Below, one piece after another: positions 16,475 to 25,456 of a stretch of 38,835 bases of DNA (its first letter is position 1; every line of letters starts with the position of its first letter). The notes below the pieces were generated by a model that worked only from the letters and a program-made list of their open reading frames with translations, was not told the DNA's origin and did not search any database. The translations under genes and the position numbers were made by a program. Source of the DNA: a virus (taxonomy: Duplodnaviria > Caudoviricetes). The stretch covers positions 1-38,835 of IMG/VR virus record IMGVR_UViG_3300022697_000367; one strand, 5' to 3'.

Positions 16475-17958
16475 TGGCCACTAAAGCAAAAAAACCCTCC
16501 AGTAAAAAGGCTAAAGCGGATACGAATGAAATTTCAGCCGTCGCGTCCGAGGATCTTTTTGAAACATTCCTCGGAAACCTTTTACCCAACCCCGACCAGG
16601 TAGTTGACCGGGAATCGCAAGGATTGGGCCTGCAGTTGTACGAGCAGATGGAGGATAAGGACGGCCACATTGCCACGGTTATCCAGACGCGCAAACTGGC
16701 TGTCATTGGCAGGGAGTGGGAAGTCCTGCCCGCTTCAGACAGCGCTGAGGATGAAAAGAAGGCAGAATTTGTCGAGCAGGTTTTTAAGAAGATGAGTTTT
16801 GATGCGGTCCGCCTGGCGCAGATGGACGCGCTCATGAAAGGCTTCGCGGTCTCGGAAATCATTTGGGAGCTATCCGAAGGGCAAATCTGGATCAAGACCT
16901 TCAAACACAGAAAGCCGTGGCGGTTTGTTTTTGATGTGGATCGTCAGCTTCGCATGCTGACGGACCAGCAAATGGTTGAAGGTGAAAAAGTCCCGATGGA
17001 CAAGTTCTGGATTTATACCTTTGGCGAGCGTTATGAAAACCCTTACGGAAAACCGCTCGGACAAAAACTGTTCTGGTCTTACCTGTTTAAGAAAAACAAT
17101 ATTAAGTGGTGGGCGATATTTAATGAAAAATTTGGTTCGCCGACGCCTGTCGGGAAGTACCGGCCTGGGACCCCTAAATCTAAACAGGATCTTCTTTTAA
17201 GCGCTATTAAATCCATGCAACAGGAAACGGCGGTCGTGATTCCTGATGACATGGCGATTGAGTTTTTAGAGGCGGCCCGGAAAGGTTCTTTCGATACCTA
17301 TAAAGGATTCCTGAATTGGTTTGAAGAACTGCAGAGCAAAATTGTTCTGGGTCAAACTCTAACGACCCAGCAGGGTGAAAACGGAGCCCGGTCCCTGGGC
17401 GAGGTTCATGATGAGGTACGCCAGGACATTCTAAAGGCCGATGCCGACAGCCTGATGGAATCTCTCAATGATGGCCCGGTCAAGCTTCTTGTCGATTTAA
17501 ACTTTCCCGGAACCGTGGAATATCCACAAGTCTGGATCCGAACGGAATCAGAGAAAGACCTCAAGCCCCTTGCCGAACGCGACAAGCTCATCACTGAAAT
17601 GGGATTTGAGCTTGATGAGCAATACATAAAAGACACCTACAGCGTCGAGGTGAGACGAAAAAATCAGCCTAGAGAAAACCCTGATCCCGATAAAAGTGAA
17701 TTTGCGGAATCTGACGACCAGGACAATCTGGATCCTTTCGTCAACCGGCTGTTAAAGGAAGCCGGGCAGGACGCGTTGATTGACCCCATTAAAAAACTTC
17801 TGGATGAATCGGAATCGCTGGAGGAATTCCGCGACAACCTGGCAGTCGCCTTCAATGATATGGACGTGACTGACCTGGGAAATATTATTCAGCTTGCGTT
17901 GCAGGCGGCGGAACTGGCGGGCCGGTTTGAAGCTTTACCGGGGGAGGAAAAAGAATAA
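16474..17958 (+). CDS. Portal protein (DUF935, Mu gp29-like)
   Basis: W..F.EKFG.P...GKY, SK.VLGQTLT, G.VH.EVR.DI..AD. Confidence 0.95.
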   Translation: MATKAKKPSSKKAKADTNEISAVASEDLFETFLGNLLPNPDQVVDRESQGLGLQLYEQMEDKDGHIATVIQTRKLAVIGREWEVLPASDSAEDEKKAEFVEQVFKKMSFDAVRLAQMDALMKGFAVSEIIWELSEGQIWIKTFKHRKPWRFVFDVDRQLRMLTDQQMVEGEKVPMDKFWIYTFGERYENPYGKPLGQKLFWSYLFKKNNIKWWAIFNEKFGSPTPVGKYRPGTPKSKQDLLLSAIKSMQQETAVVIPDDMAIEFLEAARKGSFDTYKGFLNWFEELQSKIVLGQTLTTQQGENGARSLGEVHDEVRQDILKADADSLMESLNDGPVKLLVDLNFPGTVEYPQVWIRTESEKDLKPLAERDKLITEMGFELDEQYIKDTYSVEVRRKNQPRENPDPDKSEFAESDDQDNLDPFVNRLLKEAGQDALIDPIKKLLDESESLEEFRDNLAVAFNDMDVTDLGNIIQLALQAAELAGRFEALPGEEKE

Positions 17959-19172
17959 TGGCTCTGGCATTCACAAAACTCCCATTCACAGAGGCCAGCG
18001 ATTTCCTGCGTCAGAAAGTCAGGCTTCCAACCCAAAGCTGGAGGGATATCCAGCGTGGAATGCACTCGCAGGCGTTCGTCATCGCCGGGGCCATGAAAAC
18101 CGAATTGCTGGAAGACATGCAGTCCGCAGTCCTCAAGGGAATTGAGCAAGGGACCACTCTCCAACAATTCAAGAAGGATTTTAACGGCATCGTTAAAAAG
18201 CATGGTTGGACCTTCAAGCAGGATCCGGGTTGGAGAGCGGGTGTGATTTACAACACCAATATGCGCACCGCTTTTGCGGCGGGCGCGGAAGCGCAAATGC
18301 AACGGACGAAATCCCGCCGACCCTATGCCCGGTACATCGCAGGTTTGTCGGCGGAACCCCGCGCCGAGCACCTGACTTGGCATGGAACCATTCTGCCACT
18401 CGATCATCCCTGGTGGTCGACGCACACGCCTCCCAACGACTGGGGCTGTAAATGCAAAAAGGTGAGCGTGTCCCAGCGTGAATTGGATCGAGACGGATTG
18501 GAAGTTTTAAAAAACGCGCCGGACAACGGATCGCGGCAAGTCACGGATCCGATCACCGGTAAAAAACAAAGCCTTGAAAACGGTCTGGGGTTGAGTTGGG
18601 ACTACAACCCTGGGCAAGCGGCATGGGGTCAGCAATTTGCAAAACAACTGGCCGACAAATTAGTCTCCGGAAAACTAGTGGATATGGATAGCCGGGGACC
18701 TGGGGACTTTAATCGGCCTGCCAGCGTGTCTGTTGATTCGGCAAAAGCCACACCGGTCAGCCGCACTAAATCAGAAAACGAATTAAGGCAAGTGTTGAGG
18801 GATTCTATTGGCGGTGAGGAAAAGACATTCATAGATCCATTGGGCGAGTTTGTGAACGTCAACCAAGGCATCGTCGATCACATCCTGGAAAAACCACAAT
18901 CCCGGTTCGACGGTCGAGAGCAGTTCTTCCCGTTGATTCCTGAAGTCATTGAGGACCCCTTTGAAGTTTGGGTAGGGTTTGCCAGAAGCGAAAAAACCGG
19001 TCAGGTATTTTTGCGCAAGCGGTATATCAAATTCATTCAGTTAGACAAAAAAAGGACATTTGGTTTGATTGCGGAAGTCAGGAACGGGATGTGGGTTGGT
19101 TTCGACTTTTTTAGAGGTCGACCTACAGCGGCGAAAAATTTAAGGAAGGGATTGTTGGTATGGGGAAGGTAA
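17958..19172 (+). CDS. MuF minor head protein with C-terminal PBECR2-like nuclease domain
   Basis: MuF motifs IYNTN.R.A, R.EH..WHG, PPN.WGC.C, WDYNPG; C-terminus R..F.PLI.EVIEDP.EVW...RKRYI...R.G.LVW.R. Confidence 0.9.
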   Translation: MALAFTKLPFTEASDFLRQKVRLPTQSWRDIQRGMHSQAFVIAGAMKTELLEDMQSAVLKGIEQGTTLQQFKKDFNGIVKKHGWTFKQDPGWRAGVIYNTNMRTAFAAGAEAQMQRTKSRRPYARYIAGLSAEPRAEHLTWHGTILPLDHPWWSTHTPPNDWGCKCKKVSVSQRELDRDGLEVLKNAPDNGSRQVTDPITGKKQSLENGLGLSWDYNPGQAAWGQQFAKQLADKLVSGKLVDMDSRGPGDFNRPASVSVDSAKATPVSRTKSENELRQVLRDSIGGEEKTFIDPLGEFVNVNQGIVDHILEKPQSRFDGREQFFPLIPEVIEDPFEVWVGFARSEKTGQVFLRKRYIKFIQLDKKRTFGLIAEVRNGMWVGFDFFRGRPTAAKNLRKGLLVWGR

Positions 19173-19292
19173 ACGGCTTGCCTGTGGACTCTCACGCCGA
19201 CCACGGCACCCGCCGCAACGTATCGGAGCGTGGTCCACGTTGTGCGAGGTTTGAACGATGTTCGACATTCGGGATGCCAGCCCCGAACCTAT
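19173..19292 (-). ncRNA. Candidate structured ncRNA convergent on muF
   Basis: Dense complementary segments directly downstream of a near-consensus minus-strand promoter; 3' end not defined. Confidence 0.55.
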
Positions 19293-19298
19293 GAAAAA

Positions 19299-19327
19299 AT
19301 TATACCTCGAAAGCCCGTTTTTTTCAA
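19299..19327 (-). promoter_or_regulatory. Antisense sigma70 promoter
   Basis: Minus strand TTGAAA (19327-19322), 17 bp, TATAAT (19304-19299). Confidence 0.75.
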
Positions 19328-19339
19328 TTCGGCGAATTT

Positions 19340-19470
19340 GAGGCAAGGAAGGGATTAAATTTCGGCGGAATTGGCATTTAACGACCATTTAAAAGTTAAA
19401 AACAGTTGGAAAATCGACCCTTAGGCCGCGTTCAGGGGAAAACGGCTTAAAACGCGAATTAGGGCCTCAT
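19340..19470. other. Candidate strong gyrase site (SGS-like)
   Basis: Non-coding tract spanning the genome midpoint (~19406) with short A/T tracts alternating with GC blocks at roughly helical spacing. Confidence 0.55.
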
Positions 19471-19495
19471 TCGTAAACTGGAGAATTTGAAAGTT

Positions 19496-19969
19496 ATGGC
19501 GGGACCGGGATTCACAATCGAGATCGACGACAGCCGGTTGAAAACTATCCTGAAAAAGCTGGATAAGAAGGTCCGGAATTTAAAACCGGCCTTTGAGGAA
19601 ATCGGTGAATTGTTGGTCACCTCGATAACAAAAAACTTTGAGGTCGGCGGTCGGTACAGCGTTCCGGGTACCTGGCGTGGAGGGTCAAACAAGTGGCAAC
19701 CCTTGAGCCCAGCGACATTAAAAAGAAAACGCGGTAACAAAATTCTAATTGAAACAACAAACTTACTGAACTCCATCAACTGGCAGGCTGACATCGATTC
19801 GGTGGAAGTGGGAAGCAACCGGGTCTATGCCGCGATCCATCAGTTCGGTGGCAAGGCAGGGCGTGGGAGAAAAGTGACGATTCCCGCCCGGCCCTACCTC
19901 GTGGTTCAGCAAGAAAATCTGGATGAAATCACCGACATCCTCGGGGATTATCTGCTGGGAAAAATTTAA
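19496..19969 (+). CDS. Virion morphogenesis protein (Mu G / gp31-like)
   Basis: W.PLS.AT, L..T..L.NSI, VGSN.VYAAIHQFGG, IPARPYL. Confidence 0.92.
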   Translation: MAGPGFTIEIDDSRLKTILKKLDKKVRNLKPAFEEIGELLVTSITKNFEVGGRYSVPGTWRGGSNKWQPLSPATLKRKRGNKILIETTNLLNSINWQADIDSVEVGSNRVYAAIHQFGGKAGRGRKVTIPARPYLVVQQENLDEITDILGDYLLGKI

Positions 19970-19982
19970 GGAGAAAGATTTT

Positions 19983-21089
19983 ATGGATAGCTGGATACCG
20001 ATTTTTAGAAGCGGAAAACAAACCGACAGCCAGGGCCGCGAGCATGATGGATCCGAAATGATCGATAAGGCGGTTGCCAATTTCGACGCTAAAACCCACG
20101 AGCCACCGGTCACCATCGGTCACCCTAAAGACAACGCCCCTGCCTTTGGCTGGGTCGAAGGCTTGAAAAGGCAGGGTGAATTTCTAATGGCGAAATTCAA
20201 GGACCTGCAACCGGAATTCGTGGACATGGTCAAGCGCGGCCTGTTCAAAAAGCGGTCCGCTTCTTTTTACCCCGATGGATCCTTGCGCCATGTCGGGTTT
20301 CTCGGAGCCGCTCCGCCTGCGGTCAAGGGCCTGCCTGACGTGGCCTTTAAGGATCGCGAGCAAATCACCTTCGAGTTTTCCGCCCACGATTCGCATAAGT
20401 TCGGAGTGATCGGCAGGGTTCTTAGGAGCCTTCGTGAAATGTTGATCGGCAAGTTCGGCGAAGAGACGGCCAATAAGGTCGTCGACAACTTTGATATTGA
20501 TTTTTTAACCCAACCCGCAGAATCGGAGGAAGTTATCGAAGAGTTTTCATCCGCGCCTGCACAAAAAAAACAGGAGGAAGGCAAAATGACCCAGACATTC
20601 ACTGAATATGATTTGAAACAGGCAAAGGAGAAAGCGGCCCAGGAAGAGCGTAAAAGTGCAGAGTCCGAATTCGCCGAGAAGGACAGGAAAAACCAAGACC
20701 GCATCGATGCCCTTCAAAAGGAAAACGAAGGTCTTAAGGAAGGTAAACGAAAAGAATCTATAAAGAACTTTACCGAAGGTCTGAAGAAGGAAGGTAAATA
20801 TCCTCCCTCCTGGGACAAGCTGGGCTTACCTGGTTTTATGGAAAAGCTGGACGGCGAGGAGCCGGTCGAGTTTTCCGAAGGTAAAAAACAGACGCCGTTG
20901 GATTTCATGAAAGGGTTTTTAGGAGAATTGCCGAAAACCGTCAACTTCAAAGAAATCTCCGGTGGCACCGGGCCGGAAGCGACGGACGATCACGAGCCGC
21001 TCATCAGGGATTTCATGGAAAAGAATAATGTCGATTATAAAACCGCCGCCATCGAGATCTCGAAACTACGCCCGGAACTTTTTAAATAG
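19983..21089 (+). CDS. Prohead protease/scaffold (Mu I/Z-like)
   Basis: WI.IFR.G, P..IGHP, PA.GWV..L, KKRS.SF, LRHVGFLGA.PPAVKGL; AAGGAG RBS before ATG 19983. Confidence 0.92.
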   Translation: MDSWIPIFRSGKQTDSQGREHDGSEMIDKAVANFDAKTHEPPVTIGHPKDNAPAFGWVEGLKRQGEFLMAKFKDLQPEFVDMVKRGLFKKRSASFYPDGSLRHVGFLGAAPPAVKGLPDVAFKDREQITFEFSAHDSHKFGVIGRVLRSLREMLIGKFGEETANKVVDNFDIDFLTQPAESEEVIEEFSSAPAQKKQEEGKMTQTFTEYDLKQAKEKAAQEERKSAESEFAEKDRKNQDRIDALQKENEGLKEGKRKESIKNFTEGLKKEGKYPPSWDKLGLPGFMEKLDGEEPVEFSEGKKQTPLDFMKGFLGELPKTVNFKEISGGTGPEATDDHEPLIRDFMEKNNVDYKTAAIEISKLRPELFK

Positions 21090-21112
21090 GGGCTCAGAAA
21101 AAACCAAATAAA

Positions 21113-21128
21113 GCCCGTTTAAACGGGC
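21113..21128. terminator. Perfect 16-bp palindrome after protease gene (hairpin or binding site)
   Basis: gcccgtttaaacgggc. Confidence 0.35.
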
Positions 21129-21161
21129 CTTAATAATTTACTCAATGAGGAGAACAACAAA

Positions 21162-21524
21162 ATGATCGGACCCAATTCGATTTTAGAAAAAGAGTTTGTT
21201 GCGGACGGCGCATTAACCAAATACCGGGTCGGGAAGAAGGGAACCAATGAGGATGACGTGTCTCAGGCGGCAGCCGCGACTGACAAAATTCACGGAATCA
21301 TTCAACACGATGCGGTGGATAACGCCCGCGTCCGGCTCATGGTGATGGGTATTTCCAAGGTGGAATTCGGCGGGACGATTGTCCAGGGGGACCTTCTCAC
21401 TTCCGACGCAAATGGAAAAGTGATCGCAACCACAACGGCCTTGAATCGATGCATCGGCGTTGCCATGTCGGACGGTGTTTTGGGTGATATCGGCACAGTG
21501 ATGATTAATCCAGGATTGCTCTAA
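21162..21524 (+). CDS. Capsid cement/decoration protein (DUF2190-like)
   Basis: Gly/Ala-rich, G.I..GD.LTSDA.GK, IGVA motifs; precedes capsid gene. Confidence 0.85.
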   Translation: MIGPNSILEKEFVADGALTKYRVGKKGTNEDDVSQAAAATDKIHGIIQHDAVDNARVRLMVMGISKVEFGGTIVQGDLLTSDANGKVIATTTALNRCIGVAMSDGVLGDIGTVMINPGLL

Positions 21525-21592
21525 TAAAAAGGCTTCCGTTTTTAATTTAAGATTTTCTTAATTCAAGAAAAAAATAAAAGGAGAATTTTACC

Positions 21593-22528
21593 ATGCCAGA
21601 ACCTTCCCAGGTCCACATAGACAGGGCTTTGACCAACATGAGTCTGCAGTACAAAAACGAGGAGTTTATTTGGCCGATGGTCATGCCGGTTGTGAAGGTC
21701 GGAAAACGGTCGGATAAGTATTTTAAATACGACAAAGATCAGCGGTTCCGAATCGTCGATGACAAGATCGGCCCCAAAGGGCTGGCCAATGAAGTCAATC
21801 TGGAAGTCTCCACCGATAACTATTCGGTTGCCGACTATGCCCTCTCGGATTATGTCACCGGTGAAGAAGAAGCGAATGCTGATAGCCCGCTGGCTCCGCG
21901 CGCCGACGCCAACGATTTAATTAATGAATTGCTTGAGCTTGGTGCTGAAAAGCGCGTCGCGGATATCGCATTTAACGCGGCCAACTATCCTGTGGGCAAC
22001 AAGGTCCAGCTTTCAGGGACTTCCCAATTTGGCGGGTCTGCCGATGATCCCATCGGAAATATCCTCACCGGATTGGACGCTTCCTTCCTGCGGCCCAATA
22101 CCATCATCTTTGGTAACAACGTCTGGACCAAGTTCCGCCAGTTGCCTGAGATCCTCGATGCGGTCAAGTCTTCCACTCGCCAGCAGGGATCTAATGGCGG
22201 TATCGCCAACCGATCTGAAATTGCCCAGTTGTTCGACGTTGACAGGGTGATTGTTGGACGTGGACGTTACAACACGGCCAAGGAAGGGCAGGCGGCTAGT
22301 TATACCCGGCTTTGGGGAAATCACGTTGCCATGCTTCACGTTAAGCCCCGGCCAACAATCCGGAGCGTGACCTTCGGTGTGACTTTCGTTGAAACCATGA
22401 AAAAAACCGTTCGTTCCTTTGATGAAAAGCGCGGCCTGAAAGGCGCGACCTACATCAAAACCGGTTGGAATTCGGACCATAAGGTGATCGCGGCCGACAC
22501 CGGGTATTTCATCGAGGACGCGATATAG
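21593..22528 (+). CDS. Major capsid protein
   Basis: D.ALTN.S..YKN..FI...V.P.V.V, PN.II.G..VW..F..P, G..I.DA C-terminus. Confidence 0.92.
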   Translation: MPEPSQVHIDRALTNMSLQYKNEEFIWPMVMPVVKVGKRSDKYFKYDKDQRFRIVDDKIGPKGLANEVNLEVSTDNYSVADYALSDYVTGEEEANADSPLAPRADANDLINELLELGAEKRVADIAFNAANYPVGNKVQLSGTSQFGGSADDPIGNILTGLDASFLRPNTIIFGNNVWTKFRQLPEILDAVKSSTRQQGSNGGIANRSEIAQLFDVDRVIVGRGRYNTAKEGQAASYTRLWGNHVAMLHVKPRPTIRSVTFGVTFVETMKKTVRSFDEKRGLKGATYIKTGWNSDHKVIAADTGYFIEDAI

Positions 22529-22605
22529 CGTAAACCCCAGCGTGACGCTGGACCCAATATTAAACATTAGACCTCCCTTTTAATGGGGAGGTTGTCGAGG
22601 TGACC

Positions 22606-22899
22606 ATGAAAATAAAAGCAATCAGCCACATTTCCCATGACGGGAAAATGATCGAACCGGGAAAGACGGGTGAGGTTTCCGATGCCGTGGGCAAGCACCT
22701 GGTTAAATCCGGATCCGCCGTCGAGGTAAAAGAAAAGTCTGGTGGAAGCGGCGGCGATAAAAAGCCCTACACAAAAGAGGGGTTGATGAAACTCTCCGAC
22801 GCGGAACTTGCGAAGATCGGAAAAAAGCTCGGCGCCAAAGAAACCATCAAGGAAAAACTGGTGGATGAAATCATCGACTTACAGAAAAAGAAAAGTTGA
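22606..22899 (+). CDS. Small head-associated protein with C-terminal helical domain
   Basis: HDG...PG N-domain, linker, K.EL..I..KL.DEI tail; RBS lies inside hairpin acctccc/gggaggt (22571-22592). Confidence 0.7.
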   Translation: MKIKAISHISHDGKMIEPGKTGEVSDAVGKHLVKSGSAVEVKEKSGGSGGDKKPYTKEGLMKLSDAELAKIGKKLGAKETIKEKLVDEIIDLQKKKS

Positions 22900-22902
22900 T
22901 CG

Positions 22903-23337
22903 ATGTCTTACTCGACCCTTGCCGACATTCAAAAAAAGATCATCAACGATGAAATCATCGAGTTGACCGATGACGACGATACCGGGTCCGTTGACCAGGT
23001 GAAAATCGATTCCGCCATCGAGGAGGCCGATGAAAAGATCGATTCGTATGTTGGCAAAGTTAAGTTGGTTCCCCTTTCGCCGGTTCCTGGAATCATTAAA
23101 AATATTTCAGTGACCCTGGCGATCTGGTACCTGCATGAGCGCCGTGGTGTTTCTAACGATGTTCGTGAAAAGGCTTTTAACTCCGCGTTAAAGGCCCTTC
23201 AAATGATCGCTGAAGGCAAGGTCACTCTGGGGGACGATGAAGCCACCGCCGCTCCTGAGACCACGGAAGGCGGTCCGGCAAGCTCCACAAAAGAGGAAGA
23301 CCGTTTGTTCACTAAAGACACATTGAGCGGATTTTAG
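22903..23337 (+). CDS. Head-tail adaptor (DUF1320, Mu gp36-like)
   Basis: Y.T..D, ELTD, AI..A...IDSY, PL..VP, L..IA.GK..LG. Confidence 0.92.
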   Translation: MSYSTLADIQKKIINDEIIELTDDDDTGSVDQVKIDSAIEEADEKIDSYVGKVKLVPLSPVPGIIKNISVTLAIWYLHERRGVSNDVREKAFNSALKALQMIAEGKVTLGDDEATAAPETTEGGPASSTKEEDRLFTKDTLSGF

Positions 23338-23339
23338 TC

Positions 23340-23783
23340 ATGGGCCTTCTCATTAAAACCATTGAGGATCTTGTTTTGACGGCGTTGGACGCCGCACCGC
23401 TCAATTCCTACTGTAAAAAGTTCGAGCGGTACGACGGGCAGTTTTTGATTGAGGATGTCAAGGCGTTCAAGGGAACTCTTCCCGCCTGCTTTGTGACCTA
23501 CACCGGTGACCGCTTACTCGAAAATACAGCGCTAATCCGATACACCGTGGATATGTCCATCAGCGTGATCGTCGCGGCAAAAAACCTGCGCGGGGATTTT
23601 AAAGCAAAAACAGGAAACGTGGGGGCTTATCAAATGCTGGAGGACGTTAAAGCGCTTCTCCATCTTAATAACCTGCAGGACCCGAATATCGTCGGGTTGG
23701 TTTTGCAACGGCGGATTCCGCTGATAGACACAAAAACCCTTGCCGTTTTCGGAATGGATTTCAGTTTGCAGTTTATCGACTAG
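23340..23783 (+). CDS. Tail terminator/neck protein (Mu gp37, DUF1834-like)
   Basis: IED, Y.GQF, PA..V.Y.G, GAY.ML..V..LL. Confidence 0.8.
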   Translation: MGLLIKTIEDLVLTALDAAPLNSYCKKFERYDGQFLIEDVKAFKGTLPACFVTYTGDRLLENTALIRYTVDMSISVIVAAKNLRGDFKAKTGNVGAYQMLEDVKALLHLNNLQDPNIVGLVLQRRIPLIDTKTLAVFGMDFSLQFID

Positions 23784-23851
23784 CCGGCCCAAGGCCGGAG
23801 TGGATTCGCGGCCAACGCTGCGGGCCGCTAAAACAAATCACCATATTTGTA

Positions 23852-23875
23852 GTGGCACAGGCTTTCCAGCCTGTG
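23852..23875 (+). repeat. REP-like element
   Basis: GTGG tetranucleotide then perfect hairpin cacaggct-ttcc-agcctgtg. Confidence 0.65.
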
Positions 23876-23891
23876 AAAATCGAGGTTAATT

Positions 23892-24014
23892 ATGAAAAAG
23901 GAAAACACATTCATGATGAATGTCCGCAAAGGCGGGGTGACGGTTGTTAAACCAAAACCGAAAAAACCGAGTCCCGCTCCTGATAAGGATCAAAAAATTA
24001 AGGGAGGTAAATAA
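23892..24014 (+). CDS. Small basic protein (40 aa) before tail tube
   Basis: Manual ORF MKKENTF...GGK with GAGGT RBS. Confidence 0.55.
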   Translation: MKKENTFMMNVRKGGVTVVKPKPKKPSPAPDKDQKIKGGK

Positions 24015-24019
24015 CAATC

Positions 24020-24985
24020 ATGGTGATGCTTAAAAAGAGATCCATTGTACTCGCAAAGGTGGAAGTGACTGAAGGTGTGGATCCCACGCCGACACCAGCC
24101 GCTAATGCGATTCTTATAAGTAATGCCAATGTCAAGGTCACTGGGGAGCCTCTAAAAAGGGATTTCGACCGGTCTTCTCTTTCACCCTTGCCCCACGTGA
24201 TTGGCCTGCGAGAAGTCGAGGTCACTTTTCAAACCGAGCTTAAGGGAAGCGGCACAGCCAATGCCGGTGGAGCGACCGATATCCCGGAGATCGATCCGCT
24301 TTTTCAGGCTTGCGGATTAGCGGTCGCATTAACGGCCGAGACAACCGGTGGTGCGGGCGATGGAAAGATTGAGTACGATCCTGCGTCCGATAGCCTGAAA
24401 ACCATCACGCTGTATGTTTATAAGGACGGGATTCTTCATAAGATTCACGCTTGCCGCGGGTCCCTTTCGTTCGACGCTGAAGTCGGTAAATTTGGATCAA
24501 TCAGTTGGACATTCAAAGGGTTGTATGTCCGGCCAATCGATGCGGTTCTTCCCGCTGGCGCAGTTTTTAATCCCCAAAAACCACCGGTCTTTTTAAACGC
24601 CAGCCTCACCCTCGGCGGTTACGCGGCGATCATTCAGGCTTTCACCTTCGATTTAGCCAACGATATCCAGCGGCGGGATGACGCTAACTCCGCCGCAGGC
24701 GTGATTGGCTTTGTGATCGTCGAGCGCGACACCCAGGGAAGCCTCAATCCGGAAGCGGTGACCGAGGCGACGCATCCATTCTGGGGGGATTGGGAGACCG
24801 CTGTGGAGAAAGCCTTCACCATGACAATCGGAAGCGTGGCCGGAGCCAAGATCGATATCACCGCGCCAAAGGTCCAGGCCAGGGAAATGAACTGGGCCGA
24901 CCGTAACTCGGTCCGTACTTATGAGATTCCACTGACCCTGGCTCAAAACGCTGGCGACGACGAAGTTAAATTCAAGTTTTATTAA
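24020..24985 (+). CDS. Major tail tube protein (non-contractile)
   Basis: AKVE.T.GVD..P, EL.GSG, L..ACG, F..DL.N, R...GS motifs; no sheath gene adjacent. Confidence 0.88.
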   Translation: MVMLKKRSIVLAKVEVTEGVDPTPTPAANAILISNANVKVTGEPLKRDFDRSSLSPLPHVIGLREVEVTFQTELKGSGTANAGGATDIPEIDPLFQACGLAVALTAETTGGAGDGKIEYDPASDSLKTITLYVYKDGILHKIHACRGSLSFDAEVGKFGSISWTFKGLYVRPIDAVLPAGAVFNPQKPPVFLNASLTLGGYAAIIQAFTFDLANDIQRRDDANSAAGVIGFVIVERDTQGSLNPEAVTEATHPFWGDWETAVEKAFTMTIGSVAGAKIDITAPKVQAREMNWADRNSVRTYEIPLTLAQNAGDDEVKFKFY

Positions 24986-25042
24986 AAAAGCAGACCGGAG
25001 GCCGGAGACGGCAGACCGAACAAAACAACGAAAGGGAAATTC

Positions 25043-25456
25043 ATGAACAGAATCATAGCCATCGATCCGGATCAGACACATCAATACGTTCCAAAAATTG
25101 CACGGGATTGGCCGGTGGAAGATCAGCCCGTATTTATACTTAAGGCTTTAAAGGCAAAAGACGCTGCCCGCCTTGAAGACGGGATGGCCGATGCCGTTAT
25201 TAATAAAAAAGAAAATGACAACACGACAATGCGGATTTATAGCGGCACGGCAGTTATAAATGCTTTAAAAACCGGTTTAGTCGGATGGCAAAACTTTAAG
25301 GACGTTAATGGCAATGACGTTATTTGGCGTGAAAATAATGGGGTTCCCAGGAGCGAAAATTTTGATTGCATCCCGGCACAAATCCGTAAGGAACTCGCCG
25401 AAGCCATCACCGAGGGTAATTTTCTAACGGAGCAAGAGGAAAAAAACTCCGAATAG
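25043..25456 (+). CDS. Tail assembly chaperone (G-like)
   Basis: Between tube and tape measure; GW.NF.D..G; ends EEKNSE over a slippery site. Confidence 0.85.
   Translation: MNRIIAIDPDQTHQYVPKIARDWPVEDQPVFILKALKAKDAARLEDGMADAVINKKENDNTTMRIYSGTAVINALKTGLVGWQNFKDVNGNDVIWRENNGVPRSENFDCIPAQIRKELAEAITEGNFLTEQEEKNSE

Noticed and set aside
19173-19292. tRNA or tmRNA gene
   Set aside because: No cloverleaf with T-loop consensus and acceptor stem could be built on either strand
19140-19388. 82-aa minus-strand ORF as the MuF immunity protein
   Set aside because: No clear RBS, Arg/Pro/Ser-rich non-globular composition, and it starts upstream of the antisense promoter; not fully excluded without ribosome profiling
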